Shown: in pieces, positions 9,052-21,000 of the stretch
Layout: each line of letters begins with the position of its first letter
Position numbering within the stretch: position 1 is the first letter of the stretch
NCBI GenBank assembly: GCA_001824295.1
Contig: MHWY01000001.1
Span: forward strand, 5,034-69,033
Length of the DNA: 64,000 nucleotides
Direction: 5' to 3'
Source of the DNA: Candidatus Zambryskibacteria bacterium RIFOXYD1_FULL_40_13
GTDB taxonomy: Bacteria > Patescibacteriota > Minisyncoccia > Phycocordibacterales > DATDWN01
Notes under the pieces: generated by a model
What the model was told of the DNA's origin: nothing
Databases searched by the model: none
Seen by the model: the letters and a program-made list of their open reading frames with translations, nothing else
Translations under genes and position numbers: made by a program

Positions 9052-9885
9052 TTAAAATACCAAAAAGAGGACAACAGCCAATATAACTCTGTACCATATA
9101 AACACATTGAGATTGTGGTTCTTTAAGTATCTTATTAAAAAGTTAATGGCAATGAGTCCTGTGATAAAAGCCGTGATACAGCCAAGTAAAAGTGGTAAAC
9201 CAAAACTTGTAGAAAATAGCTCGTGACGGACATCAAAAACTTTTTTCAGTCCGGCCCCCAGAAGTATTGGCAGAGAAAGCAAGAAGCTGAACCTCACCGC
9301 CTCGTCTTTTGTAAATCCCATTATAAGTCCTCCAGAAATAGTAGCCCCCGAACGAGACATGCCGGGAATTAGGGCCAAACACTGAAAGAACCCAACAACG
9401 ATTCCTCTGCTTAAACTAATCCCCCTGTTTTCTTTTGCCACTCTTTCAGCAAACCAAAACAAAATACTTCCAAGAATGAGTGTTAGGCCGACAAGCTCAA
9501 CATTTCTGAATATAGTCTCCATCCAGTTTTCAAACAAAAGCCCAAAAATAATCGCTGGTATAGTACCAAACACTATGGCCAAAAGCAGGGTTCTGTTTGT
9601 ATGTTGTTCTAGGTCAACTTTTCTCTTGAAAACATACTTTGCGACATAATCCTTAGCAGTTTGAAATAATGCCCAAATATCTCCCCCAAAATATACCAGG
9701 AGAGCCAGTGTTGCAGAGAGCTGAAGTATGGCATCAAAGGCTAAACCACCAAAGTTGTTTGTTCCGAGTATTTGGCGAAAAATAATAAGGTGTCCAGAGG
9801 AAGAAACCGGAATAAATTCGGTAGCCCCCTCAATAAAACCAAGAATTATTGCTATAAAATATGTCATATAGTACAATGTTAGCAT
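9052..9885 (-). CDS. uppP: undecaprenyl-diphosphatase
   Basis: EGATEFIPVSSSGHLII signature and 8-TM architecture of BacA/UppP. Confidence 0.85.
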   Translation of the reverse strand: MLTLYYMTYFIAIILGFIEGATEFIPVSSSGHLIIFRQILGTNNFGGLAFDAILQLSATLALLVYFGGDIWALFQTAKDYVAKYVFKRKVDLEQHTNRTLLLAIVFGTIPAIIFGLLFENWMETIFRNVELVGLTLILGSILFWFAERVAKENRGISLSRGIVVGFFQCLALIPGMSRSGATISGGLIMGFTKDEAVRFSFLLSLPILLGAGLKKVFDVRHELFSTSFGLPLLLGCITAFITGLIAINFLIRYLKNHNLNVFIWYRVILAVVLFLVF

Positions 9886-9920
9886 AAGAAATTAATTAAT
9901 AATATTAACCACAAAAACTT

Positions 9921-10000
9921 TTAGATTTGGATGCAGTTCGAGGCAGAATGTTCAAAAGACGAGGAGATGTACTGGTCGTACATTGACGAGAATTTTGGAC
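9921..10000. repeat. intergenic repeat family 2, copy A
   Basis: shares agatttggatg ... gcagaa.gttcaaa ... gtac.tg.t.gtacattgacg.gaat blocks with 49538-49648. Confidence 0.35.
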
Positions 10001-10044
10001 ATTCTAACGAAGAAATGCGCTAAATGTAAAAGTTTTAACACATT

Positions 10045-10746
10045 ATGAGCATGGAAAAACTATCAGTACCAATAGCAATAGTAATCGCCGGTGGTTTAAT
10101 CGCCGGTGCTTTGTATTATTCAAACATTAAGACCCCAGCAAATGCAGTAGCAGACAACACCGCAAACAACGCAGTTAACAGCGCATCAGAAATGGCGCCA
10201 GTATCATCCAGTGACCACATTCTTGGAAATCCAAATGCTGAACTCATAATCGTTGAATATTCGGATACTGAGTGTCCATATTGTAAGGTATTTCATAACA
10301 CCATGAAGAGAGTCATGAACGAATATGGTCAGGATGGAAAAGTGGCCTGGGTATATCGTCACTTCCCTATTGAACAGCTCCACCTAAAGGCCCGCAAGGA
10401 GGCAGAGGCCACAGAATGTGCCTATGATCTTGGTGGTAATGAAAAATTCTGGGAGTACATAAATGCTCTATATGATTTAACAAACTCCAACGACTCACTA
10501 GATCCAGCCGAACTACCTAAAATTGCAAAAACAGTCGGTCTAGATGTTGAAGCTTTCAATGCTTGTCTATCAAGTAACAAAAATGCAGAAAAAATAGAAA
10601 CCAGTTATCAGGGTGCCATAAAAGCAGGAGCAAGAGGCACACCACACTCAATAATTGTTTCAAAAGACGGAACACTAACACCTGTAGATGGTGGAGCTAT
10701 TCCTTACGAAAATCTCAAGGAGATTATAGACGCACTACTCAAGTAA
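10045..10746 (+). CDS. DsbA-like thiol:disulfide oxidoreductase (secreted/membrane-anchored thioredoxin fold)
   Basis: N-terminal TM/signal, CPYC active site (TECPYCKVFH). Confidence 0.65.
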   Translation: MSMEKLSVPIAIVIAGGLIAGALYYSNIKTPANAVADNTANNAVNSASEMAPVSSSDHILGNPNAELIIVEYSDTECPYCKVFHNTMKRVMNEYGQDGKVAWVYRHFPIEQLHLKARKEAEATECAYDLGGNEKFWEYINALYDLTNSNDSLDPAELPKIAKTVGLDVEAFNACLSSNKNAEKIETSYQGAIKAGARGTPHSIIVSKDGTLTPVDGGAIPYENLKEIIDALLK

Positions 10747-10876
10747 TAAGCGGATAAATTCAACAAAATAACCCTATTTCTAGGGTTATTTTGTTGAACA
10801 AAGAAGGTTATTTTCAAACTGAATAAAACCGCTTATATCTGGACTATATTTGGCCACAACTGAAAATATAGATTAA

Positions 10877-13795
10877 TTATTTTAGTAATTTTCTGTAACC
10901 ACAATACTGACAATTAGGGTCACTGCAGTATTTTGTAGTTATTTCTCCACTCCAAACACTATCAACGAGAGATTTTATTTCGGCTTGTACACGACTAATA
11001 TCATCACTCTCAACCGGTAGTGTAACCACTGGACACCTGCCTTTATCATCAGGAGAAATGAAAACGAGTGATGTGTTTATGTTTTTTGATTGATAAAAAG
11101 AATTATTATTTAAAAGCATCTTATAAAAAACTAACTGTCTAAAATAATTGCCCTCACTATTTTGAGTCTCCCCTTTAATAGCAGCAACAGACATCCCCTG
11201 CCTTGTTTTATAATCAAATACAGACACAGCATTTCCATCATCCACAACAACATCAAGTTTGCCGTGTATATTTATAATTATTTTTTTTGCATCATATTTA
11301 ATATCCAAAGGGGCTTCAAACCATCTTTCGGTTGAAACTGAACCATTAGAGCTAAAATGTGAAACTAGTGCCTCTGCTACAAAATGAGCATCTTCTGAAA
11401 GCTCTGCTTTTAATCGCGTTTTATCTTCCTGAGATAAAAGTGATTTATTTATATATTCTGTGGTAGTAGATATTATTGTTTCTTCTGTTTGTTTTGGTGT
11501 ATTCTCTCTTTTTGTCCAAATCCTACGCATAGCCTCATGCATAGCACTGCCTTTTTCTGAAGACAATGATGGTGCCTGTGGCATCTTTAAAATACTTTCA
11601 TACAAAAACTTACTAGGACATTCCAAAAAGTGATTTAGGGCTGTAACAGATAATCCATTTTGAAGTAAAACTTTTTTGGCCTCACTTACCATAAGAGCAT
11701 CGTTTTCATTCTCAGTTATTTTTTCTTTTTTTAAATCACTTAGATGAACATCTTTTCTTTCTAAACAAGTTTCTGTAGTACAATCCTTGTGCAACTCACC
11801 TACAAAACGGAGAGGGGTTAACATTTTACCATCTGATTCTTCTGTTGAGTACAAAATGACCGCATGCTTACGCGCACGAGTTATCGCAACATAAAACAAC
11901 CTTCTTGTATCCCTAATATCATTATCATTTAATCCTCTGCCTGGCAAAACAAAAGATGAGCCGTGTGACCTACCAACCCAACTCTCCTCATTGGCATATG
12001 GTATAAAAACATAATCAAATTCCAAACCCTTAGAACCATGAGCTGTCATAGCTTTAATGGGAAAATCTGGGGCACCAACAGAGACTTTAACCGTTTTGGA
12101 TTCGGCCGATTGTCTGTATTTGAGCATCATATTCATAAGCTCTAGCGGACTTATTATGTCACCGTCACGAGCTAAAGATTCCGCCAGAGTGACAATACCC
12201 TTCCAAACATGAACAAAAGACGGATCTTTGGCGACAAGACCAACAAAACCAGATTCTTCAGCTAAATGAATAATCCCACTGACGGCACCGTCATGAAGCA
12301 TTTTTTCCCTAATACGTGAAATTGCTGGAATAAATGAATGAAGATTTTCCACCTGTCCAGATTTCAATAGATGGATAATTTCCAAAGATTTACCAAAAGA
12401 AACACCCCACATTCCGATAATCAAAGTTTTTGCTAAAAAATCAAAACGAGAAGGGTCGGCTATATATTCAATTAAATCGAAGAAAGCTATGCCCAACGGA
12501 TGATGAAATATATCAAGGCTTCTTTCAGAAGAGACAAGAATATTTTGCGATTCTAAAAGCCTAAGCACTCTCTCTAGCTCCCTATTTCTTCTTGTAATTA
12601 TGGCAACTGTTGCCTCTGGCTCTTTTCTTGAAATATCGCGTAATCTATCTACCAAATAGTGTTCAATGGCGGGAGTGTTTTCTCCAACAAGAATATCAAG
12701 AGGGTGAGCTTTTTCTTTATTACCAGATTTTAGTTTTTTTCTAAGATCAACATATTCACCTTCATCATAATTATTTTCTATCATGGCAAAACTAGCATCT
12801 AATATGCCTTGATGAGAACGATAGTTTGTATCAAGATTTATAACCTTCATACTGGGCCAGTGTTTTTGTAATTTTAGAAAGTTTTCAACAGAAGCACCCT
12901 GAAATCTGTATATGGCCTGTTTTTCATCTCCAACAATAAAAATATTCGGGGTCTCGAAAAATTCAGCAATGAGACTTATAATAAGGTTTTGTGAGTCATT
13001 TGTATCCTGGTGCTCATCAACCAAAAGATAAAGAAACCTTTCCTGTATAAGACGCAAAAGAAGTTCGTCCGTACGCATTGTCACCAAAAGTTCAATGATC
13101 AAATCATCGTAATCTTTCAATTTTGCCTCTTTTTTCTTTTCTTCATATTTTTTATAGACATCGGCAAATAAAAGGGTCTTATCAAGCTTTTCTAGTTTAT
13201 TCAAAGCATCAGCCTTTAACTTTCCTTTTGTTGCCCCTCTTGTGGAAATATTAGATTCATCATTTTTAATATTCTTAATTTCTTTTTTTACAAAATCACG
13301 CACATCTTCCGGAGTTAGGGCGTCTTTTTTTGCATCTGAAATGGTTTTTATTATAGAGGATATGTAAACATCTGGTCGCCCAATAGGACGAAGTGGAGCA
13401 AAAATAGATTCAGAAATAATGTCACGAATAAAAGACTCTTGATCAACATCAGTCATTTGTTTAAAGTCACCAATTCTTAAAAAGTGGTCTGGATATTCAG
13501 ACATCATCGCTGAGGCAAAACTATGAAATGTGTGAATGTAGACATCATGTGCACGGTTTCCAATAATTTCGCGTAATTTTTCACGCATTGCTCTAACCCC
13601 GGCATCTGTATAAGTAATGGCTAATATACCGTGAGCTGGTGTATCTGTTTTACGTAAAATTTCAGCAATACGCAAGGTTAGTATTGTTGTTTTACCGGTC
13701 CCTGGACCAGCAACAACTAAGACAGGACCATCTATTGTATCAACCGCCATCTTCTGCTCTTTATTAAGTTTTGCATACCTTTCCTCAAAAGACAT
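10877..13795 (-). CDS. UvrD/PcrA-family SF1 helicase fused to C-terminal PD-(D/E)xK nuclease with Cys cluster (AddA/RecB-like)
   Basis: Walker A AGPGTGKT, helicase motifs, C-terminal nuclease region ending CSDPNCQYCGYRK. Confidence 0.75.
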   Translation of the reverse strand: MSFEERYAKLNKEQKMAVDTIDGPVLVVAGPGTGKTTILTLRIAEILRKTDTPAHGILAITYTDAGVRAMREKLREIIGNRAHDVYIHTFHSFASAMMSEYPDHFLRIGDFKQMTDVDQESFIRDIISESIFAPLRPIGRPDVYISSIIKTISDAKKDALTPEDVRDFVKKEIKNIKNDESNISTRGATKGKLKADALNKLEKLDKTLLFADVYKKYEEKKKEAKLKDYDDLIIELLVTMRTDELLLRLIQERFLYLLVDEHQDTNDSQNLIISLIAEFFETPNIFIVGDEKQAIYRFQGASVENFLKLQKHWPSMKVINLDTNYRSHQGILDASFAMIENNYDEGEYVDLRKKLKSGNKEKAHPLDILVGENTPAIEHYLVDRLRDISRKEPEATVAIITRRNRELERVLRLLESQNILVSSERSLDIFHHPLGIAFFDLIEYIADPSRFDFLAKTLIIGMWGVSFGKSLEIIHLLKSGQVENLHSFIPAISRIREKMLHDGAVSGIIHLAEESGFVGLVAKDPSFVHVWKGIVTLAESLARDGDIISPLELMNMMLKYRQSAESKTVKVSVGAPDFPIKAMTAHGSKGLEFDYVFIPYANEESWVGRSHGSSFVLPGRGLNDNDIRDTRRLFYVAITRARKHAVILYSTEESDGKMLTPLRFVGELHKDCTTETCLERKDVHLSDLKKEKITENENDALMVSEAKKVLLQNGLSVTALNHFLECPSKFLYESILKMPQAPSLSSEKGSAMHEAMRRIWTKRENTPKQTEETIISTTTEYINKSLLSQEDKTRLKAELSEDAHFVAEALVSHFSSNGSVSTERWFEAPLDIKYDAKKIIINIHGKLDVVVDDGNAVSVFDYKTRQGMSVAAIKGETQNSEGNYFRQLVFYKMLLNNNSFYQSKNINTSLVFISPDDKGRCPVVTLPVESDDISRVQAEIKSLVDSVWSGEITTKYCSDPNCQYCGYRKLLK

Positions 13796-13837
13796 ACATA
13801 TAGGATAGCACGAATTTTATGGTACGAAAAAAGTCTT

Positions 13838-13868
13838 GTGCGTGCTTGGGGGGCCACGATGCCCCCCA
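13838..13868 (-). terminator. GC-rich hairpin plus T-run
   Basis: cttggggggc cacgat gccccccacacaag, T-run on minus strand. Confidence 0.45.
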
Positions 13869-13877
13869 CACAAGACC

Positions 13878-14054
13878 TCAGAGATGCCCACGAAGGTAGA
13901 CTGCCTGCTCCTCTTCTGGTAGTGGAACCTTGTCAGCGTCCACTTCCCAGAGAAGACACCCGCCACATTTCTCACTTCGACAGATGTAGTAACTCTGTTG
14001 AACAATGTACACTTCACACCCACAAAAAGGACAGATTTTTTTGTCGTCTTCCAT
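13878..14054 (-). CDS. small zinc-ribbon protein (GC-rich island 4)
   Basis: CPFCGC ... CRSEKCGGC two CxxC pairs; GGGGGA SD-like before second ATG (MEDDKK...). Confidence 0.4.
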   Translation of the reverse strand: MEDDKKICPFCGCEVYIVQQSYYICRSEKCGGCLLWEVDADKVPLPEEEQAVYLRGHL

Positions 14055-14132
14055 GTGTCCCCCAAAAAACAAAAGTGACCCAACGGGTCACACCCACAAG
14101 ATAATAACACAATTCCTCTATACGAAAAACCC

Positions 14133-14169
14133 CGTGCGCTGAGGGACCCCACGTTGGGTCCCGCGCACG
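14133..14169. terminator. nested GC-rich hairpin between island-4 genes
   Basis: cgtgcgc tgag ggaccc cacgtt gggtcc cgcgcacg. Confidence 0.4.
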
Positions 14170-14178
14170 AGGCATGTA

Positions 14179-14802
14179 CTATCTGTTGGTACGCCTCAGA
14201 GAGACGAGGACGATAATTCCACACAGAATAGCACAGGAAAAGGGATACAACCTCTCTTCGACAGTCCAACCCTTACCACCTACCACTGACAACACATTGA
14301 CAAAGGTATAGCCAGTGTAGATGAGCCAGGGTGATTCCTCTGGCCTACGCCACGAATCCCGAAGTTGAGGGAAACCACCAAGGACAACGCCGGTTGTGGA
14401 TAGCACTGTGGCAAGCCAGGGGTTGTCGTATCCCCAAACGATGACACACCACGCGGTCAGACAAACCACAACCAGTATCGAAACTCTCGTTTCCACTCTG
14501 GTCCAGTTATAGTTGCCGGACTTCAGGATGCACGTAACGACAAGCGTACACCCAAAGACATAGGCAACTGGTAGCTGAAAATTTCCGCCCGCCACAAAGA
14601 TTGATGCACCCGCAAAAGCATCAAGTGACCCCCACAAGATAAAAGTCGCAAGATTCTGCGTTACTTTCCTCGTGAGAATCTGATACGAGAGAGGGAGGTA
14701 GAGGATGAGTGCTACGACGACGCTCACCTTCTGGTAAATATTCACTGTGACCCCTCCTGTTTGCTCATGGGCAACATACCCACCCACCTTAAAGATTAAC
14801 AT
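14179..14802 (-). CDS. hypothetical polytopic membrane protein (GC-rich island 4)
   Basis: about 6-7 predicted TM helices; GC-rich; alternative GTG start with AGGAGG SD about 18 codons downstream of the first ATG. Confidence 0.45.
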   Translation of the reverse strand: MLIFKVGGYVAHEQTGGVTVNIYQKVSVVVALILYLPLSYQILTRKVTQNLATFILWGSLDAFAGASIFVAGGNFQLPVAYVFGCTLVVTCILKSGNYNWTRVETRVSILVVVCLTAWCVIVWGYDNPWLATVLSTTGVVLGGFPQLRDSWRRPEESPWLIYTGYTFVNVLSVVGGKGWTVEERLYPFSCAILCGIIVLVSLRRTNR

Positions 14803-14917
14803 TTAATATGCTGATTGTCAAATAACTCATAGTCTTAAAGAGTCCAAAGTTAAACAAAACCCAACACTTGTTGGGTTTTGTATCTCCGAAAATATATTCT
14901 ATGAAAAAACTCAATAA

Positions 14918-16213
14918 CTAGAAATAATTACGTAAGCGATTTATTTTATCATGCTGTCTAATCTTTTCATGGGCCTTGGCCTCAATTTGTCTTATACGTT
15001 CTCGGGTCACACCAAACTCCCTGCCCACTTCTTCAAGCGTGTGTGTTACACCATCAACAAGTCCATGACGAAGCTCTAAGATTTTTCTTTCCTTTTCTGG
15101 TAAGTCATTCAATATTTCCTTCACCTGGTCTGATATTATTCTTCTTGATGACTCCATTTCTGGTGAAAGAATCTTCTCGTCCGCAAGGAAATCTCCAAGC
15201 TTACTCTTGCTCTCATCCCCATCCTCCCCGATTGGACTCTCTAGAGAGAGGGTGCTTTGGTCTATTTTCTCTATTGTATATACCTTATCAACAGAAAGAT
15301 TCATTTCAATAGCAATCTCCTCTGGTAGTGGGTCTCTCCCCAAGTCTTGCGATAGTCTTCTGACGACCTGTTTATACTTGGCAATAGTCTCCACCATGTG
15401 AACTGGTACACGAATAGTTCTGGACTGGTCTGCCAGGGCACGGGTTATGGCCTGACGAATCCACCATGTGGCATAGGTTGAAAACTTATAACCCTTTGTC
15501 CAGTCAAACTTACTTACAGCCTTAAATAATCCTAAGTTTCCTTCTTGAATCAAATCAAGCAGAGTTAAATCAGGACTTCGATTTGCATATTTCTTGGCAA
15601 TAGAAACCACAAGACGAAGGTTGGCCCTGGCCAAAAGGTTTATGGCCTCAACGTCCCCCTTTTCTATTCGCTTTGCCAGCTCTTTTTCCATCCCTCCAGA
15701 AATCAGCTGGTATTGACCAATCTCTTTGAGATACATCTGGATAGAATCGTAGGAAGACTCACTGTTTCGCCCATAAGCATATTTTTTATTTATAAGGTCT
15801 TCATTTGATGAGCTCTCAAGCAATCCTCCTCCTTCTAGAATGTCCACGCCACTTTCAGACAACTTTTCGTATAATTCATCAAGAAAAATTATGTCGTCTT
15901 CTACCGTGGGAAACTCTTTTAATATTTCATCATAAGTAACATAGCCACGTTCCTTGCCCTTAGCCAGGAGCCTCACCATCCCCTCACCCTGCCTATCAGA
16001 TTTCTTCATGGCTGGAGCCTTCTTTTGGACAACGGTTTTCGCAGCACGCATTGCAAGCGAGGTTTTGTTTTTCTTTTTCTTTCTTACCTTTGGTACAACG
16101 AACCTCTTTGTCTTCTTTGCCTTTATTTTGGCTTTTACCAATTTCTTGGCAGACTTTCGTGGCTTACGCCTTGTCTCTTTACCTTTTTTTATCTTTATTT
16201 TTTTATTTTTCAT
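14918..16213 (-). CDS. rpoD: RNA polymerase sigma-70 factor (primary sigma)
   Basis: lysine-rich N-terminus, region 2 [40 protein letters not shown], region 4 HTH. Confidence 0.85.
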   Translation of the reverse strand: MKNKKIKIKKGKETRRKPRKSAKKLVKAKIKAKKTKRFVVPKVRKKKKNKTSLAMRAAKTVVQKKAPAMKKSDRQGEGMVRLLAKGKERGYVTYDEILKEFPTVEDDIIFLDELYEKLSESGVDILEGGGLLESSSNEDLINKKYAYGRNSESSYDSIQMYLKEIGQYQLISGGMEKELAKRIEKGDVEAINLLARANLRLVVSIAKKYANRSPDLTLLDLIQEGNLGLFKAVSKFDWTKGYKFSTYATWWIRQAITRALADQSRTIRVPVHMVETIAKYKQVVRRLSQDLGRDPLPEEIAIEMNLSVDKVYTIEKIDQSTLSLESPIGEDGDESKSKLGDFLADEKILSPEMESSRRIISDQVKEILNDLPEKERKILELRHGLVDGVTHTLEEVGREFGVTRERIRQIEAKAHEKIRQHDKINRLRNYF

Positions 16214-17927
16214 AACTGTTTTTAATATTATTTATTTGTTTTGAAATATCCTGACATTCTTCCAAATATTTTCTTATCTCAACCTCATCCTTTTTTTGTT
16301 CAGCTCTCTGAAGATTTGCCATGGCAGATGCAAATCTTTGTTTCAGATGTTCTTCCTCAAACCCAGAAACTAGCTGCTCTATCTCCTTGTTTGAGCTTGG
16401 CTTTCCACCATAATAACTTTCTACCTCAAACAACAGAGAATCCCTATCGTTTTTATATTTGTCTTCCAAACCCACAGCTCTCTCTCCCAAAATGTTCTGA
16501 ATTCTTTGTTCTATCTCTAAAATATTCAAGTCCTCTATCTTTCCCGAGCTTTCCTTTTGCCACATTATAATTCCGATAATCTTTCTTTCCATTTCATCTA
16601 TCCGCTTAAGTGGTGGTGATGATGTATTTCCGGTCGTGGACACGATTGAATCTGGTCGTATTTTTTTCAAATCATCCCAGAGGGCTTCCTCATTTAAGAA
16701 AGTTTTCCTCATAATACTTTTAATAAAATGTGCCTTGTCTATTTGGTTTGCCAGTTGTGCAACATAAGGAAGGACGTGCTTTCGTATTTCCATGTTCAGA
16801 TTATAGTTAAGGTTTCTTGGATCAAGACCTTTGGTCGTCAGCATGTCGGTATAAAAATCAATAATATGTTTTGAATCAGAAAGTAGAGATTTTAGGAGTT
16901 CAACATCCTCTCTTGCCAAATCTGCCGGGTCCTTCCCTTCTGGCATTGAAACTAGTTTCAAGTCCATCCCAAGAGAAAGCGCAATCTTTCCAGCACGATT
17001 GGAGGCTACAAATCCCGCAGAATCACCATCAAAGAACATTTTTATGTTATTTGAAAGTCTTTGCAGTTTTATCAAGTGGTTGGGAGTTAGAGCTGTTCCT
17101 GATGAGGCGACTGCGTTTGTCATACCTATCTGATGCAACATTATGAGATCCATTTGTCCCTCAACTAATATAGAATAATCCCGAAGTCTTATATCTTTCT
17201 TTGCCTTATCCAAACCAAAAAGAATCTCTGATTTGTTAAATAAAACTGTTTCTGGGCTGTTAAGATATTTCGGCGATTTATCATCCGAAACAAGAATTCT
17301 TCCAGAAAACCCAACTGGCCTACCTGAAGAATCGTTTATCGGAAACATTATTCTTCCTCTAAATGTGTCATAGTACGAGGTTGTCCCCTCTTTCTGTTTT
17401 ATTAGCCCCACAGCAAGCATGTCTTTCTCACCTATCTCTCTTCCCGAAAGATAATCAAATAGTTCACGCCAGTCAGCTGGAGCAAAACCAATACGAAAAT
17501 CTTTGATAGTTTTCTCTGACACCCCTCTATTTTTGAGATAATCTTGAGCTTCTTTATTATCTGAAAATTTCTTTTGATAGAAGAACACGGCTTGCTCTAA
17601 AACAGAATGTAATCTTTGCTTTTCGGTCTTTTCTCCAACGTTGTAACTTTCCAAAACGACACCCGCCTGGTCAGCCAAGACCTTCAAACTACCTATAAAA
17701 TCAAGTCCTTCAAATTCTTGTACAAAGGTAAATATATCCCCCTTTGCCTGACAACCGAAACAGTAATAACTGCCTCTGTCTGGTGAGACAAAGAAGGAGG
17801 GTGTTTTTTCGTTATGGAATGGGCACCTGCCCTTATAATTTGTTCCAGCTTTTTCTAGTTTTATATAACTAGAAATCAGCGAGACAATATCTATTTTTGA
17901 TTTGATTTGGTCAACAGATGAGGACAT
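16203..17927 (-). CDS. dnaG: DNA primase
   Basis: CHC2 zinc finger [13 protein letters not shown]...[17 protein letters not shown] domain; 11-nt overlap with rpoD (dnaG-rpoD operon). Confidence 0.85.
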   Translation of the reverse strand: MSSSVDQIKSKIDIVSLISSYIKLEKAGTNYKGRCPFHNEKTPSFFVSPDRGSYYCFGCQAKGDIFTFVQEFEGLDFIGSLKVLADQAGVVLESYNVGEKTEKQRLHSVLEQAVFFYQKKFSDNKEAQDYLKNRGVSEKTIKDFRIGFAPADWRELFDYLSGREIGEKDMLAVGLIKQKEGTTSYYDTFRGRIMFPINDSSGRPVGFSGRILVSDDKSPKYLNSPETVLFNKSEILFGLDKAKKDIRLRDYSILVEGQMDLIMLHQIGMTNAVASSGTALTPNHLIKLQRLSNNIKMFFDGDSAGFVASNRAGKIALSLGMDLKLVSMPEGKDPADLAREDVELLKSLLSDSKHIIDFYTDMLTTKGLDPRNLNYNLNMEIRKHVLPYVAQLANQIDKAHFIKSIMRKTFLNEEALWDDLKKIRPDSIVSTTGNTSSPPLKRIDEMERKIIGIIMWQKESSGKIEDLNILEIEQRIQNILGERAVGLEDKYKNDRDSLLFEVESYYGGKPSSNKEIEQLVSGFEEEHLKQRFASAMANLQRAEQKKDEVEIRKYLEECQDISKQINNIKNSYEK

Positions 17928-18046
17928 GAGGTTTTAATGTCTAATTGACCTAATCGTTCTAATTTCTAAATAAATCCCCGATTCTTAAACCTTGAATATA
18001 AAACGAGGGGTTTTATTTAGGTTAATTAGAATAATTAGAAATTAGG

Positions 18047-21000
18047 TTAATTGAATCTGTCTCTGTTTTCTACAATTTCGGGTCTGTTTGCTCTCATTTC
18101 TGCAATCATCTCGTACTTCTTACTACCTTTGAAACCTGTACCAGCTGGAATAAGTCTTCCAAGAATAACATTCTCCATGAGACCCGCAAGCTTGTCGGCT
18201 GTACCCTTGATTGCACTTGAGATAAGCATTCTGGTTGTGTGCTGAAATGATGCTGCGGCCAAGAAACTCTTTCGTGAAAGAGAAACATCAGTGATACCCA
18301 TAACCACCCCTTCGGCCGTAGCAATCTCAAGTCCAAGCTCTTTGACTCTTGCGTTTTCTTCAGCAAGGAATGCTAGCTCTACTAAATCTCCCTCAAGGAA
18401 GACGGTGTCTCCAGGATTTTTGATTTTCTTTCGCGAGAACATCTGCCTTACGATTGTCTCGATGTGTTTTCTGGACACATTTTCACCTTGTAATTCGTAT
18501 GGTTTGTTAATTTCATGAATAATGTAATCGACAGTTTTGTCTTTACCTGCATATTTGTATAGTTCATCAATATCTGCAGAACCATCCGTAATCATGTCTC
18601 CCTTCTTAACCTCGTCTCCCACAGAAACCAAGATGGTACGGTTGAGTGAAATCGAGTATTCAATCTTATCTTTACTCTTTGTTCTATCTTCTATATTTGG
18701 TGTTATAACAATAGCCTTTTCCTTGTCAGTAATCCTAATATCTGAAACTGTTCCTGAGACAGAGCAAACAACCGCTGGGTTCTTTGGTTTTCTCTTCTCA
18801 AACAACTCTTCAACTCTTGGAAGACCCGAGATAATATCTCCACCGACAGATGCCGCACCTCCGGCGTGTTTCGTGTTCATAGAAAGCTGTGTTCCTGGCT
18901 CACCAATAGCTTGTCCCGCTATTGTTCCAACGGCCTCTCCAAGTTCAACCACTTTGTTTTTACCCAAGTCCGCTCCATAACACTTTACACAAATACCATT
19001 GAGGGTTTTACATGAAAGTGGAGACCTGACAGTGACAGAAGTGATACCGGCCGTTTCTATAGCCTGTGCATCTTTCTTGCTTAACAAATCATCCTTTTTA
19101 AACAAGACCTTACCATCTGCAGTTACTACATCCTTTGCAAGAAATCTGCCTTTAATATGTTTTACTATAGGAACTTCTATGCCTGATATAGCAAACTTAT
19201 CAATAACGACACCTTCTTTTGTTCCACAATCTTCTTCCGTAATAATAGTATCCTGTGCCACAACGAACATCTTTCTTGTTAGGTATCCTGATTTTGCTGT
19301 GTTTAGTGCGGTGTCAGTCAGACCTTTTCGTGAACCGTGAGTAGTAATGAAATACTCAAGTGGTGTAAGACCTTCCTTTGAACAAGATATGATTGGAAAC
19401 TCAATAGTTTCACCCTCAATATTTGTAATAAGTCCTTGCATTCCGGCCATTTGAGTAATGTTACCCATAGAACCTCTAGCTCCAGAATAAACCATGTCTC
19501 CAACTGAACCATTTTTTGGAAGTGTTTCCGGCATTAATTTTTCCAGCTCCGCTTTCGCTCCATGCCATATCTCTATTATCTGTCTCAATCTTTCCTCCTT
19601 TGAAATAAGACCCATGTTGAAATGCTCAACGATAACTTTGGCTTTCTCTTTTGAATTCAAAATGATGTCTTTTTTCCCTTCTGGAATAATAATATCATCA
19701 ATGCCCCAAGTTGTTCCAGAGTGAGTTGCATATTTGAATCCAAAGCTCTTTATTTGGTCAATAATTTTTGGCACATTTTCAATGCTATATTTCTCTATAA
19801 GGTCATCCACTAGTGATACTGTTTTCTTTTTGTTTATTTCACTATTTATGAATGGATAGTCGTTTGGAAGAACAGAGTTGAAAAGCAGTCTTCCTACTGT
19901 TGTCTCAAAAAGCTTACCATCAAATATGTTGTACTTCTCTGAGCTTGATGGCAAAACTTTTATCTTTGCTCTAAACGATACTGCATTAAGGTCGTAGGCA
20001 GTAATAGCGGCGTTAGGAGATGAGAAGAATTTTCCTTCTCCTTTTTCACCTGTAATTTCCTTTGTCATCCAGTAACAACCAAGTACAATATCAAGCATTT
20101 TTGCTGACACTGTTGGGTCACCGGAACCAGGCTTTAGAATGTTTTTGTCTGAAGCCATTATTTCACGAGCCTCAAGTTGAGCCTCATCGGACAGAGGAAC
20201 ATGAACGGCCATTTGGTCACCGTCGAAGTCAGCGTTGAAGGCAGAACATACAAGTGGGTGAAGTTGAATAGCATTTCCTTCGATTAGGATTGGTTTGAAT
20301 GCTTGAATACCCAGTCTGTGCAAAGTCGGTGCACGGTTTAGCAAAACATATTTGTTAGCGATTACCTCCTCCAGTATTGCCCACACTTCAGGAATTCCAT
20401 CTTCAATAAGTTTTGACGCACCTCTTATGTTGTAAGCAAGTTCTTTTTGTAAAATCTGAGAAATAATAAAAGGTTTAAATAACTCCAAGGCCATGTGCTT
20501 TGGCAAACCACACTGATTAAGGTGCAAATCTGGACCAACAACAATCACGGAGCGTCCAGAGTAGTCCACTCTTTTTCCAAGAAGGTTTTGACGGAAAATA
20601 CCCCTCTTACCCTTCAAGTTATCGGCAATAGATTTTAGTGGTCGTCTTTGGGATTGATTAATTGCGCCGGATGCAGAACCGTGTCTTATGGTGTTATCGA
20701 TAAGAGCGTCAACTGCCTCCTGCAGAATTCTTTTTTCGTTTCTCAGAATAACATCAGGAGCATGAATCTCCTTCAGTTTCTTTAGACGATTATTTCTATT
20801 TATAACTCGTCTATAAAGGTCGTTTACGTCTGATGTCGCATACCTACCACCATCAAGCGGAACCATAGGTCTCAGTGCGGGTGGCATAACAGGAATATTT
20901 ATTAGAAACATCCACTCCGGCCTTATGTTTGAATTTATCATTGAACCAACAACTCCGATTCTTTTGTTTATTTTTACGGCATCCAAACTACTTGCCTTTT

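Noticed and set aside
13817-14269. 150-aa minus-strand ORF and 88-aa plus-strand ORF overlapping the zinc-ribbon gene
   Set aside because: Both are frames through GC-rich sequence and hairpins. The zinc-ribbon frame has the CxxC pairs and an SD-like element.
18051-19724. multiple 60-150-aa plus-strand ORFs inside rpoC and rpoB
   Set aside because: They are antisense to highly conserved genes and Ser/Leu-rich low-complexity translations typical of antisense frames.
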